A stretch of DNA of 64,000 nt from Bugula neritina (lineage: Eukaryota > Animalia > Bryozoa). The first letter of the stretch is position 1. The number at the start of each line of letters is the position of its first letter. The stretch covers positions 5,280,698-5,344,697 of the forward strand of contig OZ037765.1 of NCBI GenBank assembly GCA_964035545.1, given 5' to 3'. The translations under genes were made by a program, and so were the position numbers. The notes under the pieces are model-generated. The model made no database searches, was not told where the DNA came from, and worked only from the letters and a program-made list of their open reading frames with translations. Below, one piece after another: positions 1 through 12,640 of the stretch.

Positions 1-2
1 TG

Positions 3-2403
3 ATGGAAGTGGCAGTCAACGATGAAGAGGCAGTAGTCATTGGTAGTACGCAAGTTATCATGATCACAGAGTGTTCTCGGGTGTTCCAGTTTGTTGGGGA
101 TTTGTCTAACTATGCAATGGTAAGCTGGTGCTGCCTGTCTTGTTATTACTGTTATAGTCAATTATTGCATTTTTGTAACATTAGAGGATATCTGAATGCA
201 ATAAGAGTTAAAGGGCACTAAAATATAAGATATTGGCTTTAAATGCTTTTGCTTAAAGAATATTGTAACCATATTGGTTTTGGCTGGTAAGAGTACTTGC
301 TATTACTATCAACAAGTATGCTATTACCTTTATAATAAAAAGTTGTACCAGAAGCATTTTCAGTTGGGATTTGTGTTTACTGTATGAAACTGTATAGTAG
401 TGCGAGATGTTTTTTAAAAATAAAATATATGACTTTGACAATCTAAAGATTGCAAGATGAAAAGATGCGAGATTAAAGATGAACACTGTTGTTTCGTGTT
501 TGATAATATATACAATCTTTTTCAGTGGTTCCCAGGTATCGAAAACATGACAGCCTCTAGTCCAGGTCCTATGAGGGCAGGCAAAGAGTTTGAGGAGACG
601 GTAATCCTCCCTGCATTTGGTGGGTTCCTCGTATGTGTTGTGTTTATGTCAGCTGTCAGTGTAGCAAATGTACTAGATACTTTCAGACTTCAAATTTGTC
701 TTGAAGAGAGTTAATTCTCCAGCAAATACATATAATTTTTTTAATTTAAGATAAAATTTAGGGCTGAATGATATATATTGAAGGAAAAGCTTTATAGAGT
801 CTTCTTGGGTCATGTGCTCTTAAGGTTCCAATAATTTAGTTTTTAAAATAGCAGTTTTTCTGACCATAGAAACACTTGTAATTCTTGTTTTGTGGATAAA
901 CAGGAAATAAATAGACCTAGAAAACACTTTCAGACTTAGTTTGTAGAAATTTAGCCTGTTTCTAGAATAGCTACAGTGTATTGGTGAGAGATGAAAATAA
1001 TGTATTAAGCATCATGGTAGTTGCATTCCCCTGCATAGTCAATTGGACGTTATATGGCTTTTTTTAAACAATGTTTTGGTCGCATATTTGTATTTCATCA
1101 TGTTTTGTCTTCTATGTGTCTTGTTATTTATACGCATTTTAATATATTTACATGAAGGGCTTTAGTCTCTATGTTTAAAATGGGATTAGTTAAATTTAAG
1201 TTTAGGCTTTGTTAAAAATTCTAATTTTGGTTTGGTTTTGGTACCATATTAATTAACATAACTCAGCAGTGCTTGGTAATTAAATCACGATAGGTAAATG
1301 CTCGTCTAGTTTCATTCTTGTCCAACAAATGTACTTAGTATGAATATTGTTCCTGGCTTTCAATTAGTTCTTTGTGCAGTTGAGAAATTGTCTTCTTTTT
1401 AAACCCGTAGTTTACCAGTCGTCAGACTTCATAAAATTCCACTGCAATCAAAGTTATTCATTTCTTTTAGCTAAATTTTACTATTTGATTACCTTTTGTG
1501 ACTTTTCCAAAAAGACACAGTGGTTATTTTTATGGTAGATTCTTAATTGTAATGTTGCACTATGATATGATTACACATTTGATCCCTTCTACATATTGAT
1601 GTGATATAGGTGAGATCTCGAGAGAGGTTGTTGTGACCAGTTATAGTGTTCCGAGACATCTCCAGTTTGTATACAGAGATTTCAGTCAGACTATGATAGC
1701 TATAGAGTTGAATCAAAAGACGGCTGACCGCTGCCACCTCTACTACTCCGCTGCCACTAGACGCACCAGCTACCTCTTTCATGTGAGTCCAGTTGCACCT
1801 GCGACTATTATACTAAGTAGAAGAGCTGTTTCATTTTCTTTGCATTGCTGTATGTAACATCATAGGTTTAAAAGTGATATAGTAAACTTACTTTGGCTTG
1901 AATTAAGAAGTTAAAGAATAGGCTGGTTCAATATTTTGCCACACTGCCAATGTAGAAATTTACTGAAAAGCTGTCCTAGAAACACATCGTGACCTGCTTT
2001 GCCAATAGCTGTTAGCTAAGATAAAAAACTCTAGCTAATTTATAGTCACTATTCCTGTGACAACCCCTAATGGAAGGATGTTTTAATTAAGGTTAGAAAT
2101 TTTTTTGATGCGACAAAAGAGCAATTATAACTGAATTCTCTTCCTCACATCACCACCAGTGTTTGCACTCAAACCACTGACCTCGTGTTTACTAGGCCAA
2201 CACTCTAACCACTCATGATGGTACCTTTGACAGTTTTCTGCTCATTATAGTCATTCAGCAATATTTAGGAGTTATCCCTCCTAGCAGGGAATTACTGAAT
2301 AATATATGTTCTGTAGGTAACTGCTGGAATACCTCTGAGGATCATGTATGCAATGCGAGGACGACACGCTATGTTTGCCATAAGGTCAATGTTTAATAAT
2401 TAA
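3..2403 (+). CDS. SRPBCC/START-fold (Polyketide_cyc2-like) protein, ~156 aa, 4 exons, may extend 5' of the window
   Basis: Exons 3-119, 526-619, 1610-1782 and 2317-2403 join through GT-AG introns (phases 0,1,0) into one open frame: ...SRVFQFVGDLSNYAM|WFPGIENMTASSPGPMRAGKEFEETVILPAF|GEISREVVVTSYSVPRHLQF...|VTAGIPLRIMYAMRGRHAMFAIRSMFNN*. It resembles the SRPBCC pattern VF.FV.D..N...W.P / GP...G..F / V..Y..P..L.F followed by a C-terminal helix. Confidence 0.7.
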
Positions 2404-3490
2404 TAATCTCAGTAGACCAACTCCACTGTGTTATGTCAATATTGTGCTCAGTGCGCATCAGATCTTGTAAATAGATGCCTTCACTGCATGTCACTGTGAC
2501 CACGAGACGGTCTACTAACTGTTGACGAAGAATAAGAATCCAAACCAAGTTTTCATAATACCTAGCTATAATGTCCGCAATATTTTTTTGTATTTTCTCA
2601 TTTGACTTTTCAGTTTCAAAGTGTTTTTAATTTTTGAAATTGAAAACTGTTAGACCAGGATGCATATTAGCATTTTGCTTTCTACCAAATGCTTGTTCGA
2701 TCAGTGCCTGGATTATCTTCTAAAACTTATAGTTTGGGATTTGTCCTCTAATTTTAATAGATGACTTTACATGAACATTTATAAGTATATAATTTTTGCC
2801 TTGTATATTGCTTTAACGCTTCAATCTCTTCACCGCTGGTGGCATCATCATTAGTTTTTTATACTTTTTTTGAGCTTCACAGTCAGAATTTTAAAAATCT
2901 ATAAAAATGAGTAATTCTATGATTTTTTGTAGTTTATTTTATGAACAGATATTTCATGCATGTAGTGGACTTTATTCGGTGTTTTAACCGACGATAGCTG
3001 TTCGAGCTAAGAATAGGTGAAGTTTTGCTAGTTCTTTTTCTTTATATTTTTTTTTCATTTTTCTCATTTTCAAAATTTATCCGTCCTTAAACAAAGTTAA
3101 TAAAGGTGAATAAACATTCAATTTTGTAACATTATTTCCCTTGTTGATGCTTTTTTTTTTGAAAATCAATTGCGACGATATTATATTGATGTCGTTCCAG
3201 TGGGATTAGACGTGATGTAGTGCTAGACTATAATAGTGTCTGGTATCTAATTGTTACGGTAGATGCATCCATATTGGGTTACAATTATGTTCAATCTATA
3301 TCGACTGTCATTAATAATTCTAGCTCTAATGCAGATCTATAAAAATATTGCAGTTGACAATATTGGCATTGCCTGATAATTAACCAATTAGGATGAATAT
3401 CATCGCATGGGATTAATAGCTACTCTAGCATTTAAATCAAAGAGTTCCAAAGGTTATTTGTGGGTCTGGTGACTTTGGGGTCAGCATTGA

Positions 3491-6400
3491 ATGAGGAATC
3501 AATGTAGCTGCCACATCATGGTTGCTGCTTTAATGGCTGCCATTGTATGTTGTGCTAGCTTAATATCAGGCAAGTGTGGTTTAATATTTTATCTTGATGA
3601 CTTTTATACTCTTTTCGGTAAAGCTGTATTTATTTTACTTACAAATGTTTTACCAAATTTATTATGAAACACTGTTCTAGCTCAACACCAAATGCTGCTT
3701 TACCATTGTTTTAATATGACTGTTGAATGCTATTTAATATTATAGTCTCTTGCAATTTATTATTACTTTTAATTTAACACTATATTGCATATAATTATCT
3801 ATGTTGTATTTTTACCAATTGATAAACGCTACAGAATCGACTTCACAACAAACACTGCAACTCAAAGTTGACCAGATAAAGGTATGTCGGCTGTGCCAAA
3901 ATGGTGGACGTTGCGTGGATGGCAGCACTCCCTTGCGCTGCCTGTGTCCTTTAGGATACACCGGAATGACGTGCTCTGAGCGTAAGATTGTAACTTATAT
4001 CTTAAACTAGTTGCACTGCTGTTAATGTTTGACCTTGCTCAGAGATGAGGTCATGGTTACTATTACTTTACCAATTGCTAAGAATTATAGTTGTGCCGAA
4101 ATACGCTTTAAAATTTGCCCAGGATATGCAACCCTTTATTCAATTGTAAAGTCAAATTTTTCTGTCAATTTTATAACAATCGAAATGCAAGATATTTGCA
4201 TACTTTATTTGTTTCAAAATTACCAAGTGTAAATGCTGCCGTATACATATATCTCATTATTTGTTCTAGGTCTTACAGCTTACATACCCAAGTTTTCTGG
4301 CCAAAGCTATCTTGAACTTGATACTACTACCAAACCATTGCGAGATAAGTTTAAATTTGAAGTCTTCTTTACTGCAAAAGAGCTCAATGGTTTGTTAATG
4401 TACGCAGGAAATCTACATTCTGATTATATGATTGTGGTGATAGCTAACGGAATCATCACATTTAGGTGAGTGAACCTTCGCTGTCTATATATCACAGATG
4501 CTATGCTAGCGGATTCCTTGAACAAACAATACTTGATTGTGTTTTCTCATGTTATTGATTTACTCTTTCTATAATAGCACTGAATTGTACTAACATTAAC
4601 ACCACTGGTGATGGGAACCGTTCATTAATAGATATCTATTTACTAGAATTTGTTTTGGCTTTAAAAAGTATTTTATTATTAGCTATCATTAGGTGTGTGA
4701 AAATACATCAGTTATTGTGATAATTTGTTTTACAGTACTCACAAGAAAATCAAACCCTTTGTTGGAACATTCAATGAAACTAAATATTTTATTTTCTTAT
4801 TGAGTGACTCAAACTGTGTTAATTCCCAACTGGTAGATTGTAGAGACTTTTCTTCTGCCATAAACTTGTGTGAAATATTGCAGGTTCAGCTGTGGTAGTG
4901 GTGTCGCAGTGCTCAAGGCTAAGAAATCTATCAGTTATGGAGCAGAGGTTTCTCTTACAGTGGGTAGGGAAGGGAGGTCAGGGTATCTAGAGGTCAATGG
5001 AGATTATGTCACTCGTAACTCCCGGGTAAGCTTCGTAATCATTTGTAATGTAATACTATGCTATATAGTTTTTTGCTTTCGTGTACTTTTTGCATCCACC
5101 TGTAACTCAAGTTTAAACATTTTATAGCATGTTTTTAAGCTGTGTTATCAGCTTTCTAAGAGGTGTATAAAACCCATCCGAACGCTGTTTTTATACCTTC
5201 AATAAATTTAGTCTTTTTTTTGTACTATAATTCTTGAGACACAGACGATTTTATGTCAGTTTGCACTTCGCAGTGTCTAGCAGCAAGGGTCACAGCATTG
5301 TTACTTCCTCAGGCACTCTGTGTAGTCCCTGTCTGGCGCTAGTGCTGTTATTTTCTAATCCATTATTCATGAGAGTTCCCTTTGTGTAGAATGTGGGTCA
5401 ATTTAGTTCTAGTGCAAAATGTATTACCAGCCATATCATTCATTAAAATGCATGGGACTTTTATTCAGCGTTGATTAGACGATGCTGTAATATAATTCCA
5501 ATGTTGGTTTTTAATCTAAAACACTAAACAATTAATAAAAACCAGATCAATATATTTGTAGTCTGTTTGATTTCTGTCTCACAGCTTTCTTTCTTTGGCC
5601 TAAACTGCTTCTAAATAATTTTAAATCATATAATACTTCACAGGGTCTACATTATTTGGTTTAGTTCCAGATAGACAACCCCCAGATAGACGACCATCAA
5701 TATATTCCACTTAGACGACCCCCCCCCCCCCCAACTGGACGACTTCCATTTAAAGGACTTTATTTAAAAACATTAGGAATTAAAAAAATAATGATAATAA
5801 GCCCCAAACCCCTAAATTATTTGAGGTTGTCTAACTGGGGGTCATCTATCTGGAATGATTCTGATTATTTCCTATATATTTTAGGGCAGTTTTGACAAAC
5901 TAGATCTTAGTACGAACCTGTTCATTGGCGGGATTCCAGCTAACAACTCATTCTCATGCTATCAGTTACTCGGTTACACTGGTTTCGTAGGGTGTATTCG
6001 GCTCATTAAGCTCAATAGCAAAACAATTGATTTATATTACAAGAGAAATTCAATCAACATTGTCTCTGGTCTTGATATTAGTAAGTAACCCCTGCTGCCA
6101 GTAACCTCAGTTGCCATGTGTCTGGTGGTGCATGTATGTATAATGTATATACCATGGCTCAATCTATTATATACTGGTAGTACTCTAAGTAGATATTTTC
6201 TAACTGATTTTTTGTTGACTTGAAAATTTTTTGCTTAATAGACAATTTTCTTAAAACGGAATTTTTACACTAGTTGTTAAGAGTTGTCTTCTTATGTTAG
6301 GGACATGAAAGTAATTAAACCAAAAATAAGAATACCAAACAAATAAGTTAGCATCTATTTATCCGGGCTCGTTCAATTGTAAAGACAATCTATTTTGCAA

Positions 6401-9400
6401 GTCTTAGTAACAGGCATGAATATATTTTTACAAAGCTCTTTTGTTACAGGTTTTGGTAGTTTGTGTAACACATTAGTTTTGATAACTATGGATTTTTTTT
6501 TTGAAAACAATTTTCATTTATAGATGTGCGTGCTTTCATATTGTCTGAAAATTGAGAAAACTTAAAGCAGTTTTTAGAAATGTAAATTATTGTTATTAAT
6601 TTGAAAACCCAATTTAAATGTCATCTACAGAAATTATCTGTTACTAATTTCTGGCTATCCAAAGCTGTGGGATAATTTTACTGATGAAGTATAAGACTGC
6701 AGATGATGTTCATACAACATAGCATCAGTATCTTTGTTCTGCACTCACTACAAGTGGTTGCACTCAACTGAAAGTCGGAATTTTCTCACAGACCAACTCG
6801 TAATCATCATATATTTTTAGTGAATTACTTAAATGACAATATTTTGATAATGATATATGGACATGTGTATATTATACATATGAATGTATTTACATATATG
6901 ATACTGTAAAATATTCTACACATATATTATATTACGGTAATATTATATAGATACATGTATATTTTATATACATGTATTTACATATACGGTATTATAAAAT
7001 ATTCTACACATATGTATTATGGTAATATTATATAGATACATGTATATTTTATATACATGTACTTACATATACAGTATTATAAAATATTATACACATATGT
7101 ATTATGGTAATATTAGGTGACTGCGCAGCTAGTGTCTGCAGCAATGCCCCGTGTGGTGTAGGGACCTGCATACCTGACTCTTACACCAGTCACACATGTA
7201 ATTGTCCAGTTGGAAGGTCAGGCTCTACCTGCAGCATAGGTGAGATTTAACATGCTTTAGGTTGCTAAGTTAATAGAAGACAACAGCCTGCAATGCATGT
7301 TTACTCTGTAAATCTATTATTTTAGCAGGTGTCTTTTAAATTTTGATATAACTCATCTTTAGACTGGTTAAATTGTCAAAGTATTTCAACCCTCAACTTA
7401 CTTTATTGTTGTGTTTAGCATTTACTCAAATTAGATAGATAAAGCCATACTTGTCTGCTTTGTATGTTTACTCAACCAATTTTATGCATTCATCAAAGTT
7501 TCCAGAACTTGCGCTCTTCAGAGTGACTAACATTTAGAAAGTCAGGTTAGCTGCTATAAATCTTTTATTAAGCCAATAGATATTTATATTAGTTCAGCAA
7601 CACCTGAAAATTATAGTTGTGTTGAAAATGCAATTTTATAGAAACTCATAAACTTCAAGTTTTATCTTAAAAAAAATCAAATTAGTAACATCTCATAAAT
7701 TATGTTTGAATATACGATATACTTAGTCTCACAATTTGCTTGTATATTTTTATCTCCTTCAATTATCAGCAAAATGCGTTTGCTTGTAGTTGAAGATATC
7801 GACGACATCAACTATATACCTCACTTCTCATCCAACTCCTACCTTCTGTATCAAAATCTCCCTCAATCTACTGTTGTATCCACTGATATCACACTGCAAC
7901 TTAAAGTCTACACAGACGATGGGCTGTTACTATATACTGGCTCTGATGTAGTCAATCAGAAGGAGAAGAATGGTGATTTCTTAGCTCTGCATTTGGAAAG
8001 CCGCCATGTTGTTCTTTCTATGGATCTAGGAAATGGTGTCTTTACACTGCGGTAAGCTGCAGGTTGTTATGCATGCATCATTTTTGTAATAGGGCTATTT
8101 TATTTTTTTTAGTACACATCAGCAAGTTAGGGCCAAAGTTTGCTCGAAACTTATAAAAAAAACTTACTCTATGGGGTAATACTATGTGCTGATTCTAACT
8201 ATGCATAACAAAAACAGGCTGAGAAAAGGTCCTGCAACATTAAAGCACAACTTCATTGTCATATGAACTAAATATATATGTACGGCCCGTGATGGTTTTT
8301 CATCACGGTCCATATATCTCAATTCACTAGAAAAAAAAACATAAGAAATGGAGCAAAATAAAAAAATCATGATTATTTAGTGGGGTTTGTTAATATCTTA
8401 TTAATTTAGGTTAAAAATATCAGCAGCTAAATTGTGAAAAATAGCTAAAAATTAGAGATATTGAGTGTGTACTAAATTAAGTAAAATGGCCCAATATTAG
8501 TTTTAGAATATACATCCTTTTATATTACATAATTTTAAAATTGAATGCGTTTGTTACAAACTAGATGTATTGCTGCGCTTTATTATTTTGGTTATCTGTG
8601 AAAAATTGAAGTGTGCCAATAGCACTCTGTTCCATTTATAGCATGAATTCGTTCATTCATATCAGAGTAATGACATGCCATGTGTAGCAAACACGTCATG
8701 TTGGGAGGTGTTTGTGAAAAACACAGCTTTAAACTGGCTGTCATAAACATAGACAAATAGTGACATTTTCAGCATAAGAGTTTTAATTCTGGCAGGATTT
8801 TGTGTATTCATTAAGATCAGAACATGTAGCACAATGCTTATTCAGAGGGCGTCTTGCATATAAATAGTCTTTGACTATATATGCAATCTATAAACAACTC
8901 CCTTAATTATAGTGTGTTGGCTTTGAAAAACAGCTTTTGAATACATAGAGAGAGCATGATGTGTCTTTGATGTCACAATGCTGACGTAAAACAGCCATGT
9001 TTTTGAAAACTGTTTTTGTGTAGACAGGTGTTACCTAAAATCAAATGTCAGCTATATTTCAGAAAATGGCACCATGTTTATAGTCTAGAGCCCCTGTGGA
9101 CATTTTGATAAAACAAGTACTTTTATCAAAGTTCTATTTTTGTAGCTCGAAATATTCAGTACCTCGAGATTCGTGGATAGAGATAAAAATAGTGAGAGTT
9201 GATGAGCGGATAACTCTCAATGTTGAAAATCAGACTTCAGTCCATAACTTTGATAGGGGAGATAAACACATTAATCTGAATGCAGGAAGCAACCTGTATA
9301 TAGGTAAATCATAAGGGGGGGTTTGTAACATTACTATATTTTACCTAAATTAAGTATAATACATTACCTATTCATGCATTAGAATTAATTATAAATTCTA

Positions 9401-12400
9401 ACACTGCAAATTGTCAATTAGGATGTTAACATTTTTGTGGAATGACTGGTCAATTAATCAATTGAATTCAAATTTAAAATACAAATTTTGTGATATAAGC
9501 TTTTCCATTCTTCTCATTGTACCAGATCAAATAATTTGTTATTTCTTTTCTTCATGTTAGGAGGGCATGAAGATCTGGGCATGCTACCTTCAGAAGTTAA
9601 TGTTTCAACCATGTTTAATGGATGTATTATGCAAGTGAGTGTAGAAATAGCTTTGAGTCTTAGTCTTGGAGTTATTAAATGTTGGCCAAATGTAATATAT
9701 TATATGTGGTCAACATATAATATATTATATAAGGTTAACATTTAATATATTGTATGAAGTTAACATTTAATATAATATATTTTGATCAGATATTTTAAAT
9801 GTTAGATTTTAACAAAATTCTTACAACTCACAAAAACTTGCTATAAAACCTTTCATTTACATAAATATAATATCAGTATTATTATACCAGTAGTATGATA
9901 TTTCATGTTTAGATATACAAGTGCATGTATAAAGTACATAATCAGAGAATCGGTAATAAAAATATATCGTATCTTAGAGAGATTTTTATTTCATGGTTTG
10001 CAGACGTCAGTTAATGGTATTCAGTTACTGACGAGAGACGCTGTGAGAGGGAGGAATGTAGCTTCATGTGCTCATGCATGTCAGCAGAATGGATCGTGTG
10101 CTAATGGCGGCGTTGAAGGGGGACGTTGTGTCCCGAAGTTTGATGGATATCGTTGTGCTTGCCCACTGGGGTTTACTGGCCCAATGTGTGATAAAGGTGT
10201 GTCATTGGTATCATAAAATAGCTAGTTGATGGAACTAAAAGCATGAGTTATGCGAGTAAAACATCATTAAAAAACAATTCAAACTTTTCAGTAATGTTTT
10301 TTTATAAAACACTAAAAGCAAGAATATTTATAATGCCCTTTCCACTATTTTTATTCTGTGTGCAAGTATGTAAACAACTTTATCATTTTATAGTGTAGCA
10401 TGCTATTTATTTATCTAAAAATGGTATGTGCATGCATTCAACGTAAAGCAGGTTTTCTTTAATCACATAAGGGCCTTTCAAAAGGCAGTTTCAGTATATT
10501 ATTTTTATTAAACTATTTGTTACTGTATTGAAATCAGGTTTTACCAGCTATGCATAGGAATCTAATGCTTAAAAATTATTTAGCACCAAATTGTATTATA
10601 TCACAATAAATTATATTATATGCCATCATAATATGATATTATATTATATAATATCATATGATGTTATTTTATATGTTATGTGACATCATAGCATGTTATT
10701 GCTATTAGAATCAATCTCTTACAGCATAGCATCATACAGTTCCGGACTAAAAGTATTCAACTCTTAACCTATATTGCTTGTATTATGTTATATGTCATAT
10801 TATAATATCATCTTATATCGTGATGTGTTATATTGCATGTATTATGCTATATGTCATTATAATATTGTCTTATATCGTGATGTGTTATATTATTGTATGT
10901 ATTGTAGAAACTGGACAGATTTCTGTACCTTACTTTAGTGGCTCTGGTTTTCTTCTGATCACTGATTTGACTGTGATATCTAGGCAAGTGTTAATATGTT
11001 AGTTAATCTTTACTACATCACAACTAGTTCACTCTGTGTCTGCCATTTGCTACTTCAACCATACACTCTAAAATATTAGCTACGCGTTTTGTAGTTTACT
11101 ACATGTAAGTTATAGGCAGGAGAAACAAGAGCAAAGTGCAATATAAATGTAATCTGCGATTATAAAACACAAGAACTGTGTTTTTTAGCTATAAATTATA
11201 TATTTTTGGAGTTGTCACACCACTGGGTGAAGCTACCAGCTACCACCTTGTTTCTTATAAATCGTAATTCGATTGTTGTATTTAATTGAAAAGGATTCTA
11301 ATTTATAAATTTTTACCTTTTAGGTTGAATAAAAAAAGGTGGGGAATCAAAATAAAGATGAGACCACAATGCAACAATTGCGTCATTTTATGGATTGGGC
11401 AGAACAGAAGCGCCTTGAAAGGGGACTTCCTGCTCGTTGGAATAGACCAAGATGGCTACCCGTATGTTCGCTATGATTTGGGTGGCGGTACAGTTACACT
11501 TACTGACAGGCGAAACAAGCTGACTAAAAATATACTGCAAATAATTCGAATACACAGGTATGGGTTGCTACATCAGACCATTCTTATATTCTATATGTGC
11601 CATATTTTCCATATTTATTTATACAAACATTATATAGTTTTTTAAATTGATCAAAAATGTGTTTTTTGTTGCAATTTGTCAGACTTTATGAAAAAATTTA
11701 AAAGAATCCAAACCCAATATTCAAATTCAACTTCTATTATTAAAAATTAATGCTACTCGAGAATATATAGAAACTGTCGGACATGTGTTGTTTTATTTTG
11801 TGTAAATTTCTGTCATGGGTTTGATTTGATTTTAGAACCGATGAAGTGTGTGTATTAAAGACTGGTGCAACAGAAACATTTGAGATGACTGAGAATACTA
11901 GAGGTTATACGGAGCTGAATTCAAATAGTGGACTGTATATAGGTGAGTGTAGCTAATTATGGGGGGGGGGTGATGCAGGCCCCTACTATATAGAAAAGTG
12001 ATGAGTGGAATGATAGTCTAGACTCTAGAGTAAGACATCTCAAATAAATTATAATGGGTTATGACTGACTGATTGATTTATTGATTGATTTATTGGATAT
12101 TACAGACATGACAACACGTTGCAAAATTCAGGATAAATACTAAATGTGACAGCTTTAGACTCAACATATTAGAGAAACACTGCATAAACCATCCTTGCTA
12201 TTACTACAACATCAAGTAGATTCAATATTGAGTTCAATAGAGGAACTATTTTTTTAGAACGTTTATAATAGTTTTGGCATTGCATTCAGATAAGGAAAAA
12301 TGGTTGCTTATTTTCAAAAGCTGGTCATCTTAGGAATTTAACTATTTAGTAGATTCAATTATTCCCTACTCGTAACATATTTGAAAAAAAAATTACATAG

Positions 12401-12640
12401 TTGTTTTCAGTTTCATGAAAATTAAAATGAATAGTATTTTGTTGAATAGACTTGCTATTATATGTGCACACTTCTAAACATAATATTGCAGGTGGACATC
12501 CCGAAGGCGTGGGTTACACTAATTATAAACCATTTGTTGGCTGTATTATTTCTCTGTCTATAAATGACCTTGACATTCCTATGATGGTGAAAGCAGCTTA
12601 CGGTGAAGACATCCAACAGTGTCTCAGTGCTGGCACGTGA
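3491..12640 (+). CDS. Secreted (EGF-LamG)x3 protein, pikachurin/EGFLAM- or SP2353-like, ~711 aa, 14 exons
   Basis: Exons 3491-3569, 3835-3981, 4270-4465, 4884-5025, 5885-6080, 7117-7239, 7790-8051, 9146-9303, 9561-9634, 10004-10196, 10908-10983, 11324-11557, 11836-11942 and 12492-12640 total 2136 nt in frame. There is a signal peptide (MVAALMAAIVCCASLIS; alternative ATG at 3518), EGF motifs (CQNGGRC..CLCPLGYTG..C) and LamG motifs (P.FSG.SY, GLLLY, LFIGG, F.GCI). AATAAA occurs at ~12908 and ~12926. Confidence 0.85.
5665..5855. mobile_element. Short TIR element (MITE-like) with subterminal repeats
   Basis: Left end TTCCAGATAGACAACCCCCAGATAGACGACC is an inverted match to the right end GGTTGTCTAACTGGGGGTCATCTATCTGGAA. 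Several CCA.ATAGACGACC-like units lie inside. It is intronic. Confidence 0.6.
6860..7116. repeat. 85-bp AT-rich tandem repeat, ~3 copies, ending at a splice acceptor
   Basis: GGTAATATTA recurs at 6936, 7021 and 7106. The last copy ends in the AG acceptor of exon 7117-7239. Confidence 0.85.
8092..8492. mobile_element. Palindromic MITE family A, diverged copy
   Basis: Ends GGGCTATTTTA..TTTAGTACACA and GTGTGTACTAAATTAAGTAAAATGGCCC match the copies at 55298, 58219 and 61247. The flanks are AATA/AATA. Confidence 0.75.
10778..10907. repeat. ~57-bp tandem duplication ending at a splice acceptor
   Basis: TCTTATATCGTGATGTGTTATATT occurs at 10811 and 10868. Confidence 0.75.
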
